Positions 17,551-25,135 of a stretch of DNA of 29,344 nt are shown in pieces. The notes under the pieces were generated by a model, which was not told the DNA's origin, made no database searches, and saw nothing but the letters and a program-made list of their open reading frames with translations. Position numbers and translations under genes: made by a program. The stretch is from Candidatus Zixiibacteriota bacterium (GTDB lineage: Bacteria; Zixibacteria; MSB-5A5; WJJR01). Within the stretch, counting starts at the first letter, position 1. Each line of letters starts with the position of its first letter. The stretch is taken from assembly GCA_014729565.1 (NCBI GenBank), contig WJJR01000319.1, forward strand, positions 1 through 29,344, given 5' to 3'.

Positions 17551-19443
17551 TTAGGCCATCGCTGGCGCTGACTCCGTGATGGAGATGATGTCGCGTTTCA
17601 TCATCGACCATTCGTTGGCCTTCGGATCGTATTTGCAGTTCGCAAACACCTTCCAGTCGTCCTTCATTTCCGGCTTGTCGGCGCGGAAATAGTAGCCCGG
17701 CCACCGCGTCTCTTCGCGGAACATGATGGTCCGCATGTGCGCTTCGGCCTGCCACATCCGATGGACGTTCTCCCAGCAACGCAGCAGCTCGTGATGGTTT
17801 TCCGCTCCGAGCTTCTCGGCGTCCTCTCTCAAGAACTCAAGCAGTTCGAGACCCTTCTCCAGCATCTTCTCGCTGGTGGTGAAGTTGGTGGAGACGCCGC
17901 CGGCGTACTCGTCCATGATCTTCTGCAGACGGAACATGAACTGCTTCGGCCGGATGTAGTTCGGGTTGACGTCCGGATCGGTGCTGGCGTTCTGGTTCTG
18001 CTCGAACAAATCGAGCGGACGCAGGATGCGTTCCTTCAGTTCTTCGATCTTGGCATCCGGGACATCGCCACCGTCGCCGTTATCAGCGACAAACGAGATC
18101 GCGCCCTTCGCGGCGATGCGGCCTTCCGCATGCGACCCGGAGGAGAACTTGTGGCTCGACGCACCGGAGGCGTCGCCGGCCGCAAACAGACCCTGCACCG
18201 TCGTCATGTTCGGATAGCCCCAGAAGTACTCCTTCGGCGCCAGATCCTCGGGACCGCTCACCCAGGCACCCGATGCACCGGAGTGCGAACCGATGAAGTA
18301 CGGTTCACAAGCCGCGATTTCCGACGGCTTCTCTTCCGGGAAGGTGTTCGTCGACGCCCACAACAGCGCCTGCGAGATCGTCATGTCGAGAAAGTCTTCC
18401 CATGCTTCCGATTCGAGCTCTTTGAGTTTCTTCTTCCGCTCTTTCTCGTCGGGCACTTCTTCGGAAATGCGCTGCAGGGCCTCTTCCGTACGCATGTAGA
18501 TCGGGCCCTTCCCCTCCATGACGTCGAGCATCATCAGCCAGTTGCGCAAGTTGGCCGGGACCGGCTTGACGAGACCGTAGGGTTTCCACTTATCCAGCTC
18601 GTCGCGCCGTGTCTGCATGTAGGCCTCGCCGAGCGCGTTGGTTGCCCGCGACTTGAACAGCAGGAACCAGGCGCCGACCGGGCCATACGCATCCTTGAAG
18701 CGGACGGGGATGAACCGCACTTCCTGGCAGGTCATCTCCGCACCGGCCTTGATCGTGAAGTACGCACTGGCGCCGGAGTTAAACGGCGGATACCACGAAC
18801 GACCCAGTCCTTCACCGGTCGACCGCGGCTTGAACACGTGCACCGCACCACCCATCATCGCGAGCACGGCCTTGGCCTTGAAGACGTAGAACTTGTTCTC
18901 ACGAACACTGAAGCCGACCGCGCCAACACAGCGGCCCTGGTCATCGATCAGGGGCTCGGTGATGAACACGCGCTCGTAGATGTTGTCCACGCCCAACGCG
19001 TTCTTGGCGGCTTCGGCGACGATGATCTTGTACGATTCACCGTTGATCATAAGCTGCCAGCGGCCCTCGTGTACGTACTTTCCTTCTTTGTCTTTCCAAA
19101 TCGGGAGTCCCCACTTCTCGAACAGGTGCACTGACGAGTCGACGTGACGGGCGATGTTCGCCACCAGGTCTTCGCGGGTGATGCCCATGAGGTCGTTGCG
19201 GACGTAGTCGATGTAGTCCTTCACGGTGTTGGCGCCGGAGTTGATGTCAACGTACTGGTTGATCGCCGACAGACCCATCGCGACAGCACCGGACCGGTCC
19301 ATCGCCGCCTTGTCCACCAGCGTGACTTTCAGATTGTTCTTCTTCGCCCAATGCGCGGCCTCGACCGCCGCGCCGCAGGCGGCCATACCACCACCGCAAA
19401 TCAATACATCGGTGGTGACTTCTACGGTTTCCCATTTCGCCAT
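17551..19443 (-). CDS. aprA: Adenylylsulfate (APS) reductase alpha subunit
   Basis: Motifs GGGMAACG, RSGAVAMGLSAIN, RFKDAYGPVGAW, SHKFSSGSHAEGR and EETRWPGYYFR. Confidence 0.97.
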   Translation of the reverse strand: MAKWETVEVTTDVLICGGGMAACGAAVEAAHWAKKNNLKVTLVDKAAMDRSGAVAMGLSAINQYVDINSGANTVKDYIDYVRNDLMGITREDLVANIARHVDSSVHLFEKWGLPIWKDKEGKYVHEGRWQLMINGESYKIIVAEAAKNALGVDNIYERVFITEPLIDDQGRCVGAVGFSVRENKFYVFKAKAVLAMMGGAVHVFKPRSTGEGLGRSWYPPFNSGASAYFTIKAGAEMTCQEVRFIPVRFKDAYGPVGAWFLLFKSRATNALGEAYMQTRRDELDKWKPYGLVKPVPANLRNWLMMLDVMEGKGPIYMRTEEALQRISEEVPDEKERKKKLKELESEAWEDFLDMTISQALLWASTNTFPEEKPSEIAACEPYFIGSHSGASGAWVSGPEDLAPKEYFWGYPNMTTVQGLFAAGDASGASSHKFSSGSHAEGRIAAKGAISFVADNGDGGDVPDAKIEELKERILRPLDLFEQNQNASTDPDVNPNYIRPKQFMFRLQKIMDEYAGGVSTNFTTSEKMLEKGLELLEFLREDAEKLGAENHHELLRCWENVHRMWQAEAHMRTIMFREETRWPGYYFRADKPEMKDDWKVFANCKYDPKANEWSMMKRDIISITESAPAMA

Positions 19444-19464
19444 GGCTGTACCGTCCTTTCGCCC

Positions 19465-19902
19465 TTAGAGGCTCGGCAGTTCCGCGCACTTGGTTGATTC
19501 GGGTTCAGTGAACAACAATGGACTCTTTAGATCGTCCGAGCCGGAGGCAAAGCCACCGTCCGGAACCGCGCTTCCCTCCGGAGTCGTACGGATCGGGAAT
19601 TTAAAGCGCTTCAAGGTGCCGTTGCGGAACTTGATCGTCCACAGAATGCTGTCCGACGAGCGCATCGGCGTCACCATGCCGTTCAACGGCATGAAGTCCG
19701 CATAACCGCGCAGTTCCATCGCCTGCACCGGGCAAATCTTGACGCAGCACATGCACTCCCAGCACATCGCGGGGTCTTGGTTGTAGGCTTTCATCTTCTC
19801 CTTGTCCAAGACCATCAGATCGTTGGGACAGATGTACTGGCAGGCGGTCTTGTCGAGCGCCTTGCACCCGTCACATTTGTCTGGGATTACATAACTTGGC
19901 AT
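19465..19902 (-). CDS. aprB: APS reductase beta subunit
   Basis: Motifs MPSYV..DKCDGC...CQYICP, CWECMCCVKICP and WTIKFRNGTLKRFKFPIRTTPEG. GGAGGT RBS. Confidence 0.96.
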   Translation of the reverse strand: MPSYVIPDKCDGCKALDKTACQYICPNDLMVLDKEKMKAYNQDPAMCWECMCCVKICPVQAMELRGYADFMPLNGMVTPMRSSDSILWTIKFRNGTLKRFKFPIRTTPEGSAVPDGGFASGSDDLKSPLLFTEPESTKCAELPSL

Positions 19903-19965
19903 TGGTACCTCCCAATTGGCCGAAAACCCTGTGACTGTTATATCTTTATGCGTTAACCTTCCCAC

Positions 19966-21189
19966 TTACCGTTTCGCATCGCCCGTGGCGTGCGCGTGCA
20001 TCTTCACTTCCACTCTCTCGCCATCTTTCAACCCCGCGTAGTACTCGCGCAGAATCGCGAGCACTTCCGGACGGCTGAATTCGGCCGGGACATCCCCGCC
20101 TTCGGAGAGCGCCTTGCGCAGAGCCGTACCCGAGAGGAACAGACGATCCTCTTTGCCGTGCGGACAGGTCTTCATCGAACACATGCCGCCGCACTTGTAG
20201 CACCAGAACGTCCAGTCAATCGGCAGCATCTTGCACTTCAGGGACCCTTCCGGCAACTGGTGGAAGATCTCCTGCGCGTCGAACGGCCCGTAGTAGTCGC
20301 CCACACCGGCATGGTCACGGCCGATGATCATGTGCGTGCAACCGAAGTTCTGACGGAACACCGCGTGCAGCAGTCCTTCGCGCGGGCCGGCGTAGCGCAT
20401 GTCGAGCGGATAACCGCCCTGCACCACTCGGCTCTTGTCGAAGTAGTTCTCGACCAGTGTGTCAATGCAGCGGACACGCACGTCGGCAGGAATGTCGCCG
20501 GGCTTCAACTGGCCGACCAACTGGTGAATGTACACACCGTCAGACACCTCAATCGCAATCTTCGCAAGGTACTCGTGCGACCGGTGCATTGGGTTGCGCA
20601 ACTGCATCGCCGCAATTGTCTTCCAGCCCTTCTCCTCGAAGAGCTTGCGGCTCTCGGCCGGACGCTGGTAGATGGCGGCAAAGTCTTTGGGGAAGTACGA
20701 TTCCGACAGCACCTTCACCGGACCGCCCAGGTTCCACGCCTTCTGCTCCATGACCTTCTGCACGCCGGGATGCTCGGTGTCGGCCGTCGTGAAGACGTGC
20801 TTGCATTCGAAGTCCTTGTCGATTTGGTACGACTCGTTGACCGTCATGGTCCCCATGACTTCATTGGTCTCACCGGACACGAGGCAGATCTCCGTTCCCG
20901 GGGCAATCTTCTCATCGTGAGATAAGGTGATCGGAATCGGCCAAAACGTGCCGTTGGCCATCTTCATGTCCTGGCAGACGCCTTTCCAGTCGTCCTGCCC
21001 CATGAAGCCTTCGAGTGGCGTAAACCCCCCGATCCCCAAAAAGATCAAGTCCCCGGTTTCCCGTGAGGACATGACCACTTTCGGGAGGGTCTCCGCCCGT
21101 TTCAATTCCTCCTCGCGCTCCTTACCATCCAGGAGGAGGATCCGCAGCGTGTCACTGCCGTGGGGAGATATCAACTCCGATTTTTGCAT
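19966..21189 (-). CDS. sat: Sulfate adenylyltransferase (ATP sulfurylase)
   Basis: Motifs [25 protein letters not shown] and [13 protein letters not shown]. An alternative GTG start lies at 21195; RBS GAGGAGAGGT. Confidence 0.96.
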   Translation of the reverse strand: MQKSELISPHGSDTLRILLLDGKEREEELKRAETLPKVVMSSRETGDLIFLGIGGFTPLEGFMGQDDWKGVCQDMKMANGTFWPIPITLSHDEKIAPGTEICLVSGETNEVMGTMTVNESYQIDKDFECKHVFTTADTEHPGVQKVMEQKAWNLGGPVKVLSESYFPKDFAAIYQRPAESRKLFEEKGWKTIAAMQLRNPMHRSHEYLAKIAIEVSDGVYIHQLVGQLKPGDIPADVRVRCIDTLVENYFDKSRVVQGGYPLDMRYAGPREGLLHAVFRQNFGCTHMIIGRDHAGVGDYYGPFDAQEIFHQLPEGSLKCKMLPIDWTFWCYKCGGMCSMKTCPHGKEDRLFLSGTALRKALSEGGDVPAEFSRPEVLAILREYYAGLKDGERVEVKMHAHATGDAKR

Positions 21190-21313
21190 GATCACAACCT
21201 CTCCTCATTAGGGGTTTGCTGTTCGTCCCATGCCGTCAGCCGATCGCAGCAGATTCAGCCTCCTTTTAATCCATAATTTGGTACGCTGAACCCCACTCAT
21301 TTGATCGGCTTTA

Positions 21314-21331
21314 TTGTTATCAAATTCACAA
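21314..21331. promoter_or_regulatory. Candidate Rex (NADH/NAD+ sensor) operator upstream of sat
   Basis: TTGTTAT-CAAA-TTCACAA matches the Rex consensus TTGTGAA-N4-TTCACAA at 12 of 14 positions, about 125 nt upstream of sat. Confidence 0.55.
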
Positions 21332-21605
21332 ACATACCGCTTTCTGACAACACTTATGACAACCGCAATCCCCACCCTCAAACAGTTTGTCTCAAAATCA
21401 TCGAAACCGAGGTCCGGTATCTGTCATCACCATCTGGTAGTGCAACCCCAACTTGCCTTTTTTCAATGACTTGCACTCTCTGGAACCTCGCCGATTCGCG
21501 ATGCCAACCTCTTCCCCGCGCCATCAGCAGCGGAGCTGTGGGCCCGTCTACGCAGCGTCGGGCAAGCAGTACCGTAGAGAATCGCCGATTCTATGTCAAG
21601 TCGGC

Positions 21606-21623
21606 TTGTGAAATATATGTCAA
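21606..21623. promoter_or_regulatory. Second, weaker Rex-like site in the divergent intergenic region
   Basis: TTGTGAA-ATAT-ATGTCAA matches the consensus at 11 of 14 positions, with one perfect half-site. Confidence 0.35.
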
Positions 21624-21985
21624 GACTTGTCAATTTTAGCGCTTCTATGACAAGATGAAAACGATGTTCAATATCGTCGCTACTAGCGCCCATGTATTGT
21701 CAAAACCGTGACCAATTTGACCCACATTGCCAGCACATGTGCGTTACTCTCAATGGAGGTCACAACTGATCGGATGACCGAAGAACGAAAACCGGGAAGT
21801 CGAACCGTGTCGTACCGCGACACACAGAATCGAGCCACCCTATGACCACACACACACAGCGGCGGGACGGGCCGGCCTACTCCGCTGAGAGTCTGTCAAC
21901 TCCATCACCGGCCGGCTTGCATCGGTCCACAACGCCGAGTAAGTTCCCCCCGGATATGAAGACCCAAAGCACGGAGAGTGCCGTC

Positions 21986-22255
21986 GTGACCACAAATGAC
22001 GTCAATGACAAGTGTCCACACTGCGGAATGACCATGTCGAAATGGATGCCGCCGGATGACTCCGGCTGGAATCCCGTCTACCAGTACATCTGCTTCAATG
22101 ACGAATGTCCGTACTACATCCAGGGCTGGGAATGGATGCTCACGCACTATGAACAGAAAGCCTCCTACCGGCACCGTTTCGATCCACACACCGGTGATAC
22201 CGGACCGCTGGCGGTCTGGTCACCCAACGCCCACCGTGGCCGCATCATCGACTGA
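21986..22255 (+). CDS. Small 4-Cys zinc-finger-like protein (Ogr/Delta-like annotation class)
   Basis: CPHC...CFNDECPYY...GWEWM...SYR motifs. The GTG start was chosen for the GGAGAG 7 nt upstream; in-frame ATGs at 21842 and 21956 are alternatives. Confidence 0.7.
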   Translation: MTTNDVNDKCPHCGMTMSKWMPPDDSGWNPVYQYICFNDECPYYIQGWEWMLTHYEQKASYRHRFDPHTGDTGPLAVWSPNAHRGRIID

Positions 22256-22266
22256 GGGGAGGCACC

Positions 22267-23109
22267 ATGCGTGAAGTTGAAAAACTCAAAGAGGAAATCC
22301 TCAAGGACTATCCCCGGTTGTCGAAGGACGACACCTTCGCTTTCGCCTGCCACTCCGGTGTGCCCTGCTTCAACGATTGCTGCGGCGACGTGAACATCTT
22401 CCTGACGCCCTACGATGTCATCCGTCTGAAGACGGCGCTGGGCATCTCGTCGCAGGAGTTCCTCGATCGCTATACGCTCATGCCGTTCGACAAGAACCTG
22501 GGCTATCCGGTCATCCTGTTGCAAATGACCGACGATGACCGTAAGAGCTGTCCCTTTGTCAAAGAGGACGGTTGTTCCGTCTACAATGACCGCCCCTGGT
22601 CGTGCCGCATGTATCCGTTGGGCATGGCGTCGCCGGGCGAAGGCAGCGAGGATCTCTCCGACGAGTTCTATTTCCTGTTGAAAGAATCGGTTTGCAAGGG
22701 CTTCCGCGAACCGAAGGAGCAGACCGTCGACGAGTGGCTGGTCGACCAGGGGATCGTCGAATACGACGAAATGGGCAGGGACTTCAAGGATCTGACCCTC
22801 CACCCGTTTTTTCAAGAAGGCTCCAAGCTGACCCCCGAGAAGATCGAGATGTTCTTCATGGTCTGCTACAACATCGATCGCTTTCGCGACTTCGTCTTCA
22901 AGAGCAGCTTCCTCAACAAGTTCGAAGTCGATGAAGACACCGTCAATGCGATCCGAGAAGATGATGTGGCCCTGCTGAAGCTCGGGTACAAGTGGTTGCG
23001 GTTTGCGTTATTCGGCGAAAAGTCTATGACGGTCAAAGGCGATGTCCTCGCCGACAAAGAGCAGGAACTGCGGATGAAACAAAAGCTGCCGCCCAAGGCC
23101 GGCAAATAG
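22267..23109 (+). CDS. YkgJ / UPF0153 family cysteine-cluster (putative Zn or Fe-S) protein
   Basis: Motifs CHSGVPCFNDCC, LTPYD, CPFVKEDGCSVYNDRPWSCRMYPLG and CKG. RBS GAGGGAGG. Confidence 0.82.
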   Translation: MREVEKLKEEILKDYPRLSKDDTFAFACHSGVPCFNDCCGDVNIFLTPYDVIRLKTALGISSQEFLDRYTLMPFDKNLGYPVILLQMTDDDRKSCPFVKEDGCSVYNDRPWSCRMYPLGMASPGEGSEDLSDEFYFLLKESVCKGFREPKEQTVDEWLVDQGIVEYDEMGRDFKDLTLHPFFQEGSKLTPEKIEMFFMVCYNIDRFRDFVFKSSFLNKFEVDEDTVNAIREDDVALLKLGYKWLRFALFGEKSMTVKGDVLADKEQELRMKQKLPPKAGK

Positions 23110-23129
23110 CGAATACCCTGTGATACACC

Positions 23130-23169
23130 ACGGGCCGTCGAGACCAGCTCAGACTCGGCGGCCCGTTTC
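23130..23169 (+). terminator. Putative intrinsic terminator after the YkgJ gene
   Basis: 13-bp stem acgggccgtcgag / ctcggcggcccgt with one G-U and an 11-nt loop, followed by only a short T run. Confidence 0.5.
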
Positions 23170-23270
23170 GCTGAACTCACCTCTGCAAATATCCTTATCC
23201 ATTGTCAATTATCAACTTATCATCACCCCCGTTCGCTTTTTCAAATTCTTGTGCATTTTTTCTTTAGTTT

Positions 23271-23293
23271 GAAGTGTAGCTTTCGTATACTTC
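23271..23293 (+). promoter_or_regulatory. Putative -10 box (TATACT, 23286-23291) embedded in an inverted repeat upstream of the MerR gene
   Basis: GAAGTGTA-N7-TATACTTC is a 7/8 dyad in an AT-rich stretch, ending 31 nt before the start codon. Confidence 0.4.
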
Positions 23294-23324
23294 GGTAGTC
23301 ACAACGCTGTTTGGAGGTGGTCGA

Positions 23325-23846
23325 ATGGCTCACTCGAGCAGTCGCGCAAAAGAAAAATTTCACAAGATCGCCGCAACTGAACGTCGCCGGGCGACACCGG
23401 AACCCGAAGATGACTGGGATCCGATCATGGCGATTGGCGTCGCTGCATCGATGACCGGCCTCTCGGTTTCGGCGCTACGGAAGTACGAATCCGAGGGTCT
23501 GCTTACCTATCACCGCACGCCGACCGGCCGCCGCCTTCTGTGCCGCGCCGATATTCGGCGCATCAAAACGATCCAGCATCTCATCAATGAAGAGGGACTC
23601 AACATTGAGGGAATTCGGCGACTGCTGGCCTTGCTCCCCTGCTGGGATCTGACCCACTGCTCCCAGGACACCCGCCGCGAGTGCCTCGCCACCAAACACA
23701 GTCATCAGCCCTGCTGGATGGTGCGCAAAACGAAATGCGCCAAGGCGGGGTTCAACTGCAATGAATGCGATGTCTATCGCTACGGCACATACTGCATCGG
23801 AACAATGAAATCACTCGTTCACGGCACGGATGACGACACGCCGTGA
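23325..23846 (+). CDS. MerR-family HTH regulator with C-terminal 8-Cys two-CW domain
   Basis: HTH segment IGVAASMTGLSVSALRKYESEGLL...RTPTGRR...GLNIEGI. Tail CWDLTHC...C...PCW...C...CNEC...C. RBS GGAGGTGG. Confidence 0.82.
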   Translation: MAHSSSRAKEKFHKIAATERRRATPEPEDDWDPIMAIGVAASMTGLSVSALRKYESEGLLTYHRTPTGRRLLCRADIRRIKTIQHLINEEGLNIEGIRRLLALLPCWDLTHCSQDTRRECLATKHSHQPCWMVRKTKCAKAGFNCNECDVYRYGTYCIGTMKSLVHGTDDDTP

Positions 23847-23869
23847 TCGGAGGAAGAGCGAGGCGCCAG

Positions 23870-24421
23870 ATGAATGAGACGATCCGCATTGGCGACACCA
23901 CGGTCCGCTTAATCAAAGGGGACATCACCGACCAGGAGATCGAGGCCTTCGTATACTACGCCCGCCATAATCTGGCGCTCGGCTCGGGATTTGGCACGGC
24001 CATCACAGTCCGCGGCGGCCCCGACATTCAGAAGGAACTCGACACTCTTGGACCGATCGAAACCACCGAAGTCGTCGTATCCAACGCTGGTGAGCTGAAA
24101 GCGGACAAGATCATTCATGCGGTTGGGCCGCGATTCCAGGAAGTCGATCTTCCGGCCAAATTGGCAACCACCATCCGCAATTGTCTCTCCGCCGCCCGAG
24201 AGCATGACATCTCGTCTCTCGCCTTCCCGCCTATGGGCGTCGGCTTCTATGGCGTGCCCCTCGATTTGTGCGCACGGATCATGCTGGCGACATTTCAGGA
24301 AGTCTTGAGACAAAGCCCCGGTATGCGGGAGATTGTCATCTGCGCCAACGATTCCCGTGAATACGAACCGTTCCGGCAACTGCTGCAGAACTTCAGCACG
24401 ACAAAGGAGTATGTCCAATGA
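23870..24421 (+). CDS. Macro domain (Appr-1-p / ADP-ribose-binding fold) protein with atypical active-site loop
   Basis: Motifs LIKGDIT, AITVRGG, IIHAVGP and LAFPPMGVGFYG. The stop overlaps the next start (ATGA at 24418-24421). Confidence 0.85.
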   Translation: MNETIRIGDTTVRLIKGDITDQEIEAFVYYARHNLALGSGFGTAITVRGGPDIQKELDTLGPIETTEVVVSNAGELKADKIIHAVGPRFQEVDLPAKLATTIRNCLSAAREHDISSLAFPPMGVGFYGVPLDLCARIMLATFQEVLRQSPGMREIVICANDSREYEPFRQLLQNFSTTKEYVQ

Positions 24422-25116
24422 GCGAGTCACTCCATTTCGCCGAACACACCCTCCAGGAAATCGCCCTGGTCTTCATGGCGCTTGTGTACACGACACGGGT
24501 GCTGTGGCTGATCCGGTTTAATGCCTCGAAGGAACGGCAGCCGGAAACCGGCTTACCCGACACATCGGCGCGCAAAGGCATTCTCTACTCATGGTTGAAT
24601 GTGGGCATGCCGTGGTCGATGGAGAGTTCGCGAACGAAGCCGTTTATGTACGGCACCTTTGTCATCTTCCATCTTGGCGTCGCCGCTGCCATCGGACTGT
24701 CCTTCATTATACCGTATGCTCCCCAGGTCCTGGAGACGCCGCTGGTGGGTCCGGTACTGCAGATCATCATTGGCCTGGCCTGTCTGGTTGGTGTTCTGCG
24801 CATCATTCGCCGTGTCGGCGACAAACACATGCGCGCGATCAGCAGCCCCGATGACTACTTCTCGATTCTTCTGCTCACCGTCTGGTTGTTCTTCGGCACA
24901 CTGGCAGTACCCAATAGCACCGCCAATGGCGAAGGGATTCTGCTGACGTTTTTCGTCTTAACGGCGTTCTTCCTGATCTACGTCCCGTTCAGCAAGATCT
25001 CCCATTACCTCTACTATCCCTTCTCACGCTACTACGTGGGCAAGACACTGGGATACAGAGGGTCCTATCCGTTACGCCGCGGACCCGCGCCGCGACGCAC
25101 TGCCACCACCACCTGA
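24418..25116 (+). CDS. TmcC/NarI/HdrE-like membrane cytochrome b subunit
   Basis: About five hydrophobic segments with FH (H85), SSPDDYF and YVPFSKISH (H196), typical NarI-family landmarks. The MPWSMES segment resembles TmcC. Confidence 0.75.
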   Translation: MSESLHFAEHTLQEIALVFMALVYTTRVLWLIRFNASKERQPETGLPDTSARKGILYSWLNVGMPWSMESSRTKPFMYGTFVIFHLGVAAAIGLSFIIPYAPQVLETPLVGPVLQIIIGLACLVGVLRIIRRVGDKHMRAISSPDDYFSILLLTVWLFFGTLAVPNSTANGEGILLTFFVLTAFFLIYVPFSKISHYLYYPFSRYYVGKTLGYRGSYPLRRGPAPRRTATTT

Positions 25117-25135
25117 GACACTGAGGGAGATAGCG

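Noticed and set aside
17737-19134. 465-aa plus-strand ORF antisense to aprA
   Set aside because: It lies wholly opposite a well-supported gene and has no recognisable motifs. Long antisense frames are expected from GC-rich codon bias.
21205-21270. Strong SD-like AAAAGGAGG on the minus strand about 70 nt upstream of sat, and a 7-codon ORF (MGRTANP)
   Set aside because: No canonical start codon at usable spacing from the SD, and the mini-ORF has no SD of its own.
21301-21693. 112-aa plus and 76-aa minus ORFs in the sat intergenic region
   Set aside because: AT-richer, atypical codon use, no motifs; they overlap candidate regulatory sites.
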